Part shown: positions 19,007 through 27,414 of the stretch, piece by piece
Layout of the letters: every line of letters starts with the position of its first letter
How positions within the stretch are numbered: position 1 is the first letter of the stretch
Assembly (NCBI GenBank): GCA_964512835.1
Contig: CAZELA010000002.1
Location: forward strand, 28,603 to 92,602
Reading direction: 5' to 3'
Source of the DNA: an uncultured Candidatus Saccharibacteria bacterium
GTDB lineage: Bacteria > Patescibacteriota > Minisyncoccia > Phycocordibacterales > UBA2100
DNA length: 64,000 nucleotides
The notes under the pieces: generated by a model
Seen by the model: the letters and a program-made list of their open reading frames with translations, nothing else
Database searches by the model: none
What the model was told of the DNA's origin: nothing
Translations under genes and position numbers: made by a program

Positions 19007-19621
19007 TTAGGCTTCCGCCTCGTCCGGATCCTGATTTACCTCGGTTTTAAGCGCCTTTTGGGAAGGCGCCTTCTTAGAGGCATCTCGTTCCAGCACGACC
19101 GAGAGGCCTTTGGGGCTCTTCTTGATCTCGTCAGCGATTTTATACGATTCGGGGATAATTGCAAGAAACCGCTCTAAACGGTCCTTTAGGAAGTCGAATT
19201 CCATGTATTTGTAGCGACCCCAGAGGAACAGGTCTACCTTGACGCGGTGACCTTCGCGTAGCCAAACCCCGATTTTCGAGGCCTTGATATTCATGTCGTT
19301 GGTGGAGGTTCCGATCTTTACCTGGGCCTCCTTGGTCTCGGTCGGCTTGGTTGCCTTGGACTTAATCTCCTTGTCCTTCTTTTTCTGCTCGTATTTGAAC
19401 TTGCCGTAGTCGGTGATCTTACAGACCGGAGGGTTCGCGTTGGGGGAGATCTCGATAAGGTCGAGGTTGAACTCCTTTGCTTTTGCCATTGCATCGGCAA
19501 ACGAAAGGATGCCGAAGTTTTCTCCTTCGGGGCCGAGTACGCGAACCTCTTTAGCGCGGATGCCTTCGTTCATTCGAACGCGTTCCTTCTCCGCCTGTGA
19601 TGTGTATTTCGTAAAACCCAT
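19007..19621 (-). CDS. infC: Translation initiation factor IF-3 with a Lys-rich C-terminal extension
   Basis: NEGIRAKEVRVLGPEGENFGIL...LDLIEISPNANPPVCKITDYGKFKY. In the usual infC-rpmI-rplT operon order. Confidence 0.85.
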   Translation of the reverse strand: MGFTKYTSQAEKERVRMNEGIRAKEVRVLGPEGENFGILSFADAMAKAKEFNLDLIEISPNANPPVCKITDYGKFKYEQKKKDKEIKSKATKPTETKEAQVKIGTSTNDMNIKASKIGVWLREGHRVKVDLFLWGRYKYMEFDFLKDRLERFLAIIPESYKIADEIKKSPKGLSVVLERDASKKAPSQKALKTEVNQDPDEAEA

Positions 19622-19664
19622 TTGTCGGGGGACTATACCACAGAATTGCGGTGCGCGGCAACGC

Positions 19665-21134
19665 TTAGCGGAGTGCTTTTGTTGTTGTCGCGGTAGAGGT
19701 TGCCGTCTGAACGGTCGCCTTTGATCCGCCGAAAACTCGAATACTGAGCTTTTGCACGAGGGTGAGCAATGTATCGCGCAGCTTTGTCATCAATGTAATA
19801 AGCGTCTTCTGCATCGTTGCGAGGACGGACGATGATGTCGATGACGAGACGGTTGCTTTAGCCTGGTTCTGCTCTCCGAACGTCGCGGTCACATGGATGG
19901 GATCTATCTCGACCGACGTCGATGCGATGGGGCGCTCCTCGTCGTAGATGGTCTCTTTTACGTTCGATCCTTTTGTCGGGTCGTCCGGTGTTTCCGGTTC
20001 GGTGGATTGCGTTTGAGTCGGCGTCGAGGTCGATGTTTGGGTCGATGTTGTGTACCACTCAAATTCTTTTGTCATTAACTGGATCTGTTGCAGGTCAGAA
20101 ATTTGTTTCGTCGCCGTTGCGCTCGTGCTCGACGGTAGGTTGTACGTGTACGGTGCGGGGACTTCAAACGTCGTCGTCGCGGTCGGCCATGTGTAGACGG
20201 GGATATCCGGATAGGTTGGAGTCGTGGGATACGTAGGAGTCGTCGGGGTATTCGATTGGTTGAGCAGCGCAGCAGCCAAGGGAGAGAATTGGGCCGCTGT
20301 CGACATCATCGATGGATTCCACGTGCTCGGAGCAAACGCGCCGGTATTTGAATACGGGATACTCGACTGGTCGCCGGTCCATCCGGTTTGCGGCAAGGGC
20401 TGTTGTTTACCGTTTACCGCGCCTGCCGGTTCGATATGCCACGGCTCGTACTCCATCGGATAGCGTAGGTTGAACTGCGCAAAATTTGTATGGGCCCAGT
20501 TACATGCCGGGATAGTGGACATGCATGACGCTGTGTTCGTCGGGCCGCGCTGCCCGCTAAAGCTCAGGTCGACTGCAAGACCGAAATTATGCTTAGAGCT
20601 GCCCGGTGGTGCGACCGGCGCGCCGCACTTACCGCACGCGATGTATTTATCGTACAGCTGTTTTTGTAGCTCAACGGAACGATAGCCGGAGGCGATCGTG
20701 ATATTTTGTCCGGCCGCATCTGCTGCCTTCAAAAATTTAGAGAGACGGCATGCAAAGTCAGAATTCAATCCGCTGACGGTATCGGGCCTTCCGGTCTTAT
20801 CTTTCGTCTGCAGATACGGGTAGGGATTCGTTTCGCAGCCGCCGTACAGCAGTGCCTTGTCCTTGTCGCAAAACATACCGCTCGACGGAATCAGAGCGCC
20901 CATAGCGAGAAGTCCGGTACGCTCCTCGGGGGTGATCTCGTGGCATCCGGCGAAGATCGCGCTCGCAGTCGGTTCGGCGCTCGCGACTCCGTGAATGCAC
21001 AGGATTCCTACGGCAAACATCGCGATGAGGAGTTTCGCACCTTTGTGCACATGCATGCGGGAAGTATACCGAGTGATTTGCATTCGCGCTTCGCCCGGTG
21101 GGGAGATTAGCGGTCGCTGTGACAGGCTCCCCAC
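19665..21134 (-). CDS. Secreted peptidase M15 (VanY / D-Ala-D-Ala carboxypeptidase-like) with a Thr/Pro-rich low-complexity linker
   Basis: Signal peptide, zinc-binding SSKHNFGLAVDL and EPWHIEP motifs. Low-complexity TPTTPTYPTTPTYP and STQTSTSTPTQTQST stretches. Confidence 0.65.
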   Translation of the reverse strand: MGSLSQRPLISPPGEARMQITRYTSRMHVHKGAKLLIAMFAVGILCIHGVASAEPTASAIFAGCHEITPEERTGLLAMGALIPSSGMFCDKDKALLYGGCETNPYPYLQTKDKTGRPDTVSGLNSDFACRLSKFLKAADAAGQNITIASGYRSVELQKQLYDKYIACGKCGAPVAPPGSSKHNFGLAVDLSFSGQRGPTNTASCMSTIPACNWAHTNFAQFNLRYPMEYEPWHIEPAGAVNGKQQPLPQTGWTGDQSSIPYSNTGAFAPSTWNPSMMSTAAQFSPLAAALLNQSNTPTTPTYPTTPTYPDIPVYTWPTATTTFEVPAPYTYNLPSSTSATATKQISDLQQIQLMTKEFEWYTTSTQTSTSTPTQTQSTEPETPDDPTKGSNVKETIYDEERPIASTSVEIDPIHVTATFGEQNQAKATVSSSTSSSVLATMQKTLITLMTKLRDTLLTLVQKLSIRVFGGSKATVQTATSTATTTKALR

Positions 21135-21676
21135 ATGCCGCGTCCGTTCTGTCGGGCGTCTGCTTCGGATGCCTTAAATTCACCCGCATGGATGTACGGA
21201 TCTTTGTACGTATATTCGCGCGCAAATCCTTCCTGTACCAAATATTGATTGGCGAGCACTCCGCCCGGTGAGGCGTCGGTCGGTACGTATACATATGCGA
21301 GCAGTCGGTCGTACACGTCGTACATGTTTTGCGAGGGGTCAGTCTGAAGCCTGACCATCTTGCCGTCGAGTAATCGGTGTGCGGCAGCGGATGCTTCGGA
21401 GCCGTAACATTCCGCGTGGGTGTAGCGGGTCTCGACCTCGGGGGAGTCGATCCCGATCAGGCGTACCGATACTCGTTTGCCGTTGAGCAGTACGACAATG
21501 GTATCGCCGTCATGTACCTGCATGACTTTATAGAAGCCGTCGAGTTCCGGGATTTGCGGCCGATCGGGAATTCGTACTTCGGCGAGATACGCGGCGATCA
21601 CAACCAGGATAAGCGCAAGGAGCAGTCGCAATCGCGTATGCATGGCTTCAGTATGCCCCGAAACGGGGATGTCCAC
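21107..21676 (-). CDS. Membrane-anchored thermonuclease (SNase-like, micrococcal nuclease family)
   Basis: N-terminal transmembrane helix. SNase region IRLIGIDSPEVETRY...YDRLLAYVYV. Overlaps the downstream M15 peptidase gene by 28 bp. Confidence 0.7.
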   Translation of the reverse strand: MDIPVSGHTEAMHTRLRLLLALILVVIAAYLAEVRIPDRPQIPELDGFYKVMQVHDGDTIVVLLNGKRVSVRLIGIDSPEVETRYTHAECYGSEASAAAHRLLDGKMVRLQTDPSQNMYDVYDRLLAYVYVPTDASPGGVLANQYLVQEGFAREYTYKDPYIHAGEFKASEADARQNGRGMWGACHSDR

Positions 21677-21693
21677 ACCTTCATGGTTGCATC

Positions 21694-21707
21694 AGAACGT
21701 TCGTTCT
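21694..21707. promoter_or_regulatory. Cheo-type LexA box (GAAC-N4-GTTC) in the divergent lexA / nuclease-peptidase intergenic region
   Basis: The sequence aGAACgttcGTTCt lies 15 bp upstream of the lexA start and is followed by a TAATAT -10-like element. Confidence 0.6.
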
Positions 21708-21721
21708 AATATACTTCTGTT

Positions 21722-22300
21722 ATGGAAGACTTCTCACAGTACCGGGATGAAATGGCAAAGTTCTACCGTGCCAACAAGCGGATGCCGTCATTCTCTGAAC
21801 TGATGAAGCTCTGGGACTACAAGACCAAGAGCGCGGTCAACTACAAGCTCGAACAGATGATCGATGCGGGGCTCGTGCGCAAGGACAAGAGCGGCCGCCT
21901 CATTCCGCACAAAATGGAAGACGATGCAGGACTTCCGCTCCTTGGCCTCGTCGAAGCGGGATTTCCGTCGCCGGCCGAAGAAGAGCTGCTCGATGTGCTT
22001 TCGTTCGACGAATATCTCACACCGAACAAAGAATCGAGCTACATCCTGAAGGTAAAAGGGGATTCCATGATTGATGCCGGTATCCGCGAAGGCGACATGG
22101 TCATTGTGGAGCGTCGCTCGTCGTACAAGGTGGGGCAGATTGTCATCGCATCGGTCGACGGCGAGTACACCATGAAGTATCTGCGCAAGAGCGGCGACAA
22201 ACATTATCTGGAGCCGGCGAACGAACGATACAAACCCATCTATCCGAAAGAATCCTTTCGGATCGAGGCGGTCGTTACAGCAGTCGTGCGGAAATATTAA
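21722..22300 (+). CDS. lexA: LexA repressor (S24 peptidase)
   Basis: N-terminal winged-helix region. C-terminal GDSM...KYLRK Ser/Lys dyad context. Confidence 0.85.
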   Translation: MEDFSQYRDEMAKFYRANKRMPSFSELMKLWDYKTKSAVNYKLEQMIDAGLVRKDKSGRLIPHKMEDDAGLPLLGLVEAGFPSPAEEELLDVLSFDEYLTPNKESSYILKVKGDSMIDAGIREGDMVIVERRSSYKVGQIVIASVDGEYTMKYLRKSGDKHYLEPANERYKPIYPKESFRIEAVVTAVVRKY

Positions 22301-22607
22301 TTCACTTCAAACCACAGCACCGTATGAAAAAAATAGATAACTGGCTCTCCATTCAGCGATACGTCGCGCAGGCCTCGCAGATCGTATCCGTTCCCACCAT
22401 GACCAACGTCGAGGTGTGGGGCAAAGTCCGCTCGAAACACGAAACCAGAAAGAACAGACGCTTCCTCGTTCCTCGCATTACAACCATTTAAAAGTTACCA
22501 CCATAAAAACATCCTATGAGAATCTCAATCACACTTACTCCGAAGTTCGCAACGTTTATCCGTCGCCTCTTCCGCGCACATCTCTACGTTCCGACGCGCT
22601 ACGAGGT

Positions 22608-23237
22608 ATGGAACGTGTAGCGAGCCTGAGCAGTAGGGCATTCGCTATCGTCGATGTTGAAACTACGGGTACCGGCCTCAATGATCGCGTCATCGAGATC
22701 GGAATCCTTCGCATCGAGAACGGTGTCTGTGTCGAAACGTTCAAAACTTTTTTAGATCCCGAACAGCCGATTTCTTCGTGGATCACCCGCCTCACCGGCA
22801 TTACAGACTCCGATGTGGAGAGTGCGCCGAGTTTTCTCGATGTGGCAGACCGTGTGGCGCGTTTGCTGCGGGGCGCGATCTTTGTGGCACACAACGCGGC
22901 ATTCGATTACGCGTTCATTAGACAGGAGTTTGCGCGCATCGACCGATTTTTCGAGGCGCGGTGTCTGTGCACCGTGAAGCTCTCGCGCTTGCTCTCTCCG
23001 CGGGCAAAGCGCCACAACCTGTCTGCAGTGATACGTCGACACAAGCTTTCGTGCGAATCGCGTCATCGAGCGTTTGATGATGCGCACGCACTCTGGCAGT
23101 TCATACAGTGGGGTGAGCGGCGGAAGGCGAGAACGCTCGCACATGCTATTGAACGACTTTTACACACCGACCGTACGCAGGAGCGCGTGCACGCACGCCG
23201 ACCTGAGTACTCCGAAGGCGAACAGGTTATTCGATAA
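22608..23237 (+). CDS. DEDDh 3'-5' exonuclease (DnaQ/epsilon-like)
   Basis: Exo I FAIVDVETTG, Exo II AHNAAFDYAF, Exo III H..D. Start trimmed to the Met of MERVASL. Confidence 0.75.
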   Translation: MERVASLSSRAFAIVDVETTGTGLNDRVIEIGILRIENGVCVETFKTFLDPEQPISSWITRLTGITDSDVESAPSFLDVADRVARLLRGAIFVAHNAAFDYAFIRQEFARIDRFFEARCLCTVKLSRLLSPRAKRHNLSAVIRRHKLSCESRHRAFDDAHALWQFIQWGERRKARTLAHAIERLLHTDRTQERVHARRPEYSEGEQVIR

Positions 23238-23249
23238 CACTATGAATCT

Positions 23250-24575
23250 ATGGCATGGGGATCATCCGGTTCGTTTCCGCGCGCAATACTCCACATCGAC
23301 GGGGATTCATTTTTTGCGGCATGCGAAGTGGCGAAGAACCCCAGCCTCCGCGGTAAGCCGGTCATAACAGGCAAAGAGCGAGGCATCGTATCCGCCGCGA
23401 CCTACGAAGCCAAGGCGCGCGGCGTAAAGCGCGGTGTACCGCTGCACGAAGCACTCAAGGCATGCCCCGATGCGATCATCCTGCCGTCGGATTACGAGAC
23501 GTACAGCCTGTTCTCGAATCGCATGTACGAGATCGTGCGCAGGTACACACCAGCAGTCGAGGAATATTCGATCGACGAATGTTTTGCCGATCTGACCGGA
23601 CTGCGCCGTACACTCCGTATGCCGTATCCGAAGATCGCCTTGAAGCTGCAGGAAGAACTTGAGAGTGAGCTCGGGCTCTCGTTCTCGATCGGGGTTGCAC
23701 CCACGAAGGTGCTCGCCAAGGTGGGTTCCAAGTGGAAGAAGCCGCACGGACTCACCATGATTCCGCTCTACGATGTGCATACATTCCTCGCGAAGACGCC
23801 GACTATCGGTGTGTGGGGCATCGGTCCGAACACCGCTGCGTACCTGCAGAAGTTCGGTATCCGCACTGCACTGGATTTTGTGAACCGTGACGAAGCAGAA
23901 GTTCGCGACATGGTTACAAAACCCATCTACGAGATCTGGAGAGAGCTCAAGGGTGAAGTGGTATACGAACTCGACACCGAAGGCCGCGGGTCGTACCAGT
24001 CGATCAGCAAGACCAAAACATTCACGCCACCCTCGAGCGATCCGCGATTCGTTGCGGCGCAACTCTCAAAGAATGTCGAGAATGCGTGCATCAAGGCGCG
24101 CCGCTGGGGTCTCGCCACACCGGAGATATTCTTTTTCCTCAAAACACAGGAATTCAAATACCACGGATGCGAGATCAAGCTCTCGCATCCGACCTGTATC
24201 CCGAACGACATTCTTTCGGCGGTCCGCACCCAATTTCTTCGGGTGTTCAAGAGAGGGACGCAGTACCGCGCTACAGGGATCGTGCTTATGAAATTGCAGG
24301 ACGCGAACAAGACGCAACTCGACCTGTTCGGCTCCGTGCTCAAGACCGAGGCCGCAAAATCGGTATACGAAAGTCTGGATGAGATTGCTGCCAAGTACGG
24401 CAAGCACGCGATATTCCTCGGATCGAGCTTCCATGCAATGAAGCCGCAGATGAGCAAGGTAGCGAACCATTCGCCGATAGCCCGCGAAGAAAAGCCTGCG
24501 CGTCACCGCGAACTGTTCAAGGGAGAAACCGCACGCAGACGACTGGGCGTCGCGTCGCTCGGCGAGGTGAACTAA
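23250..24575 (+). CDS. dinB: DNA polymerase IV (Y-family translesion polymerase)
   Basis: ILHIDGDSFFAACE, SIDECFADLT and a little-finger domain. 441 aa. Confidence 0.9.
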   Translation: MAWGSSGSFPRAILHIDGDSFFAACEVAKNPSLRGKPVITGKERGIVSAATYEAKARGVKRGVPLHEALKACPDAIILPSDYETYSLFSNRMYEIVRRYTPAVEEYSIDECFADLTGLRRTLRMPYPKIALKLQEELESELGLSFSIGVAPTKVLAKVGSKWKKPHGLTMIPLYDVHTFLAKTPTIGVWGIGPNTAAYLQKFGIRTALDFVNRDEAEVRDMVTKPIYEIWRELKGEVVYELDTEGRGSYQSISKTKTFTPPSSDPRFVAAQLSKNVENACIKARRWGLATPEIFFFLKTQEFKYHGCEIKLSHPTCIPNDILSAVRTQFLRVFKRGTQYRATGIVLMKLQDANKTQLDLFGSVLKTEAAKSVYESLDEIAAKYGKHAIFLGSSFHAMKPQMSKVANHSPIAREEKPARHRELFKGETARRRLGVASLGEVN

Positions 24576-24668
24576 ATAACGCACCGATTCATCCACGCTT
24601 CACTGCGTGCCCTCTAAGATTCGACGCGTGTCATTCGACACTCGCTTACCACTAACCACACAACGCAT

Positions 24669-24878
24669 ATGGCAGATACAGTTATTAACTCACCAGCGCG
24701 CAATGAGGATTCGAGTGCGCTCGGCTGGGTCGTCTCACTCATCGTGGTCCTCGCGGTCATTGTGGCCGGGTTCGTATGGGTCCGTAGCGACGCGGGAGTT
24801 CCGAATACAGGCTCGGGTACGAACATAAACATCGAGACACCCTCGATGGATACGGGTGCAGGAACGCCCGCTCAATAG
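24669..24878 (+). CDS. Small single-pass membrane protein. Paralog of the gene at 28887..29108.
   Basis: MADTVINSPARNEDSSALGWVVSLIVVLAVIVAGFVWV...TNINIETP, compared with MADTIVNTPAPSNDSGAAGWMVAIIILLAVLAGGFYVY...TNINVTVP. Confidence 0.5.
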   Translation: MADTVINSPARNEDSSALGWVVSLIVVLAVIVAGFVWVRSDAGVPNTGSGTNINIETPSMDTGAGTPAQ

Positions 24879-24885
24879 AAAAAAC

Positions 24886-24913
24886 AGCAAAAAGCCGGCT
24901 CCTTGTGAGCCGG
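24886..24913 (+). terminator. Intrinsic terminator
   Basis: aaaagccggctccttgtgagccggctttt. Confidence 0.6.
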
Positions 24914-24938
24914 CTTTTGCGTGTAATACTGTCGGCAT

Positions 24939-25637
24939 ATGCAGAGGATCTTCGTCGTGCTCGTGTTTTTGGCCGCCCTTTCGGGTGTCCTCTGGTTCGC
25001 GCTCACGCAGGATACGGGGTCTATAACGATCCCGGGCGGGGTACCGGAGACGGTCGGATCCACCACCGAGCCATCCGCGACCCCGAGCAATATGAATGTG
25101 AGCGAGGAGACGGCGGCGTACAAGATCGATATCGATTATCGGCTGTTCGGTATTCCCGCTGTGGATTCGCACGTCGAAGCGGAAATTCAAAAAGCCGTTG
25201 CCGCATTCAAGAAAGATGCCGCCAATTTTGACCCGGCCGTAGAATCGAGGCCGTACACGTTCAGCGGTGAGGTTGCCGACGTGTACTCGGGCGGCGATAT
25301 CGTGAGCGAGCGCATCAACTTGTACCAGGACACCGGCGGGGCGCACGGCATGCCCATCGTGCTCACGCTGAACTATGATGCCAAGACCGGCGAGACCATC
25401 ACGCTTGATAGGGCCCTCGCGCTCACCGGACACTCGCTGAGCGATGTAGCTGCGCAGGCGCTCGCGCAACTCAAGCAGGAATTCGGCGACTCGGTATTCA
25501 CCGAGGGAGCGGCACCGAAACCCGAGAACTACGCGACGTTCCTCGTAACGCCGTACAATGTGACGTTCATATTCCAGGCGTATCAGGTGGTCGCCTACGC
25601 TGCGGGCATGCCCGAGGTAAAATTCTCGCGCCAGTAA
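24939..25637 (+). CDS. Secreted or membrane-anchored hypothetical protein (DUF3298/DUF4163-like)
   Basis: N-terminal hydrophobic anchor. No catalytic motif recognised. Confidence 0.35.
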   Translation: MQRIFVVLVFLAALSGVLWFALTQDTGSITIPGGVPETVGSTTEPSATPSNMNVSEETAAYKIDIDYRLFGIPAVDSHVEAEIQKAVAAFKKDAANFDPAVESRPYTFSGEVADVYSGGDIVSERINLYQDTGGAHGMPIVLTLNYDAKTGETITLDRALALTGHSLSDVAAQALAQLKQEFGDSVFTEGAAPKPENYATFLVTPYNVTFIFQAYQVVAYAAGMPEVKFSRQ

Positions 25638-25638
25638 T

Positions 25639-26466
25639 ATGAAATTTTTTGAAACGATCCGAGCTTCGTTCATGGATCCGCAGTTCTACGCGGGTATGCG
25701 CGAGCGCTCATGGAGCGACGCGGCAAAGTACTACCTCGTGATCGCGTTCATTGTGATCTTTGCCTATGCCGCGCCGGTGTGGGGGCTGCTTCTTACGGTG
25801 AAGCCGGAACTCGTCGACACCATCGTTGCGGTGTACCCCGAGAACCTCGAGGTTACCCTGGCGGATGGCGCGATGAGTATCAATCAACCGCTCCCGTTCA
25901 GCATCAAGAACACGTGGACCAAGGAATTGCCGGAGAATCTTGTTGTATTCGACACGGGAAACGACGAGTACACGCCTCGTTCGCTCGATGAGGCAAAGGC
26001 GGTCGTGCTCTTCAAGCGCACGTTCGCCGTAGTGCAGGGGGACTCAAGCGGTGCGCGTGAACAGCGTGTGTTCGACTACGGGACCTCGACGGGGACCTCG
26101 ACGCTGCATAAGTCCGACATCACGGGAGTTGCCGAAAAAATCAAACCATACGTTCGTCCGGTGGCACTCATCGGTGGAGCGTTCCTGTTCACGCTCATCG
26201 TTGTGCTCGGCGGCGTCGTGATGCTCGTGTATCACCTGATCTATACGCTGCTCGTGGCACTGCTCGTGTTCGTGTACTTCAAATTGAGCAAACGAGATGA
26301 AACATATGCGACCTCGTACACAACCGCATTGTTCGCCAGTTTGCCGGTCGCGATCATCGCAGGATTCATCGGCCCGTTCGGGGGACTGCCGTCGTTCATC
26401 TACACAGCGCTCGTGCTGCTGATCGTTATCGTGAACACATCGCGCAGCACCCGCACGACGCCGTAA
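25639..26466 (+). CDS. Hypothetical polytopic membrane protein
   Basis: Several hydrophobic segments. Its start abuts the stop of the preceding gene. Confidence 0.35.
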   Translation: MKFFETIRASFMDPQFYAGMRERSWSDAAKYYLVIAFIVIFAYAAPVWGLLLTVKPELVDTIVAVYPENLEVTLADGAMSINQPLPFSIKNTWTKELPENLVVFDTGNDEYTPRSLDEAKAVVLFKRTFAVVQGDSSGAREQRVFDYGTSTGTSTLHKSDITGVAEKIKPYVRPVALIGGAFLFTLIVVLGGVVMLVYHLIYTLLVALLVFVYFKLSKRDETYATSYTTALFASLPVAIIAGFIGPFGGLPSFIYTALVLLIVIVNTSRSTRTTP

Positions 26467-26484
26467 AACAGATCAGGTCGGAGC

Positions 26485-26865
26485 TCACACTCCGACCTGC
26501 ATTCGTTTGGCCCAATCGATGTAGAGCCACGCCACCCGGATGTCTTTGGCCGCTTTCCGTACGAAGCGTCGGTCCAACCGATCGTGCTCCCGCACGCGAG
26601 CGTTCCATAATCGATCGAAGTCGCCCGCGATGACGAGTGCATAAAAATGGTACGCCTCCATGTTGCCGCGTGTGTGATTGCACTTTTCACACGCAGCCAC
26701 AAGATTGTCCCACGTCGTTTCTCCGCCGAAGACCCGCGGTATCACATGATCGCGCGTGACGGATGTATCGCAGTGAATATCGAACGTCATGTGCACGGAG
26801 CAGTAGCAACAGCGATGGTTTTGCGCCTCGGAGAGGCGCATGAGCACGGCATCGACCTTGCGCAT
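26485..26865 (-). CDS. HNH endonuclease
   Basis: CCYC...H...DHVIPRVFGG...NLVAACEKCNHTRGN, a zinc-finger HNH motif. Confidence 0.7.
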   Translation of the reverse strand: MRKVDAVLMRLSEAQNHRCCYCSVHMTFDIHCDTSVTRDHVIPRVFGGETTWDNLVAACEKCNHTRGNMEAYHFYALVIAGDFDRLWNARVREHDRLDRRFVRKAAKDIRVAWLYIDWAKRMQVGV

Positions 26866-26962
26866 GGAGCCTCCACAGGGGGTGTCTGTGATTTTTATAG
26901 CAAACTGGCGTCGATTGAAAAGTGGATAGCAAAAGCGGCGCCGAAGGCGCCGCTACGGGGAC

Positions 26963-27313
26963 CTAGTCCCATTTGTACATCTCGTCCCGGATCTTCTTGA
27001 GTTCTGCGATGATCGCAGGGTCGGTAATGCGCACGAATCGCGGCACCGGTTTACCGTCGACGATCGCGGGTTCGTAGAACATCTGCAACGGGCGCACATC
27101 GATCATGCCGTGTTGATACACGAAGGCGGGGTAGAGCGGTCGGTAGACCTGCATGAACTGATCTTCCGGTCGGCAATCGTCTTCGGTGTGGCAACCGACG
27201 GCGTCGATGAAATACGCGTAGTTGTTGATCGGGCCGTTCGGGTCGTGTTTGTAGTGGTAGTAGTAGCCGCGTTCGGGCATCCGGGTCGGCGGTTGTAGAT
27301 CGCGTCCTGCCAT
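26963..27313 (-). CDS. Hypothetical protein
   Basis: 116 aa, Tyr/His-rich N-terminus. No family recognised. Confidence 0.3.
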   Translation of the reverse strand: MAGRDLQPPTRMPERGYYYHYKHDPNGPINNYAYFIDAVGCHTEDDCRPEDQFMQVYRPLYPAFVYQHGMIDVRPLQMFYEPAIVDGKPVPRFVRITDPAIIAELKKIRDEMYKWD

Positions 27314-27414
27314 ATCGTTGACTCCTGTTTGTCGGTCCTCAGAATAGCACTCAGGTCGGCGCTCCAGGGTGGATAAGTCCCATCGGCGTATAAATAATCA
27401 TCCATACTCTGTAT

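Noticed and set aside
22416-22607. N-terminal 64 residues of the 273-aa ORF (MGQSPLETRNQ...)
   Set aside because: Composition and lack of an exonuclease motif indicate non-coding sequence. The exonuclease was started at the Met preceding the Exo I motif (22608).
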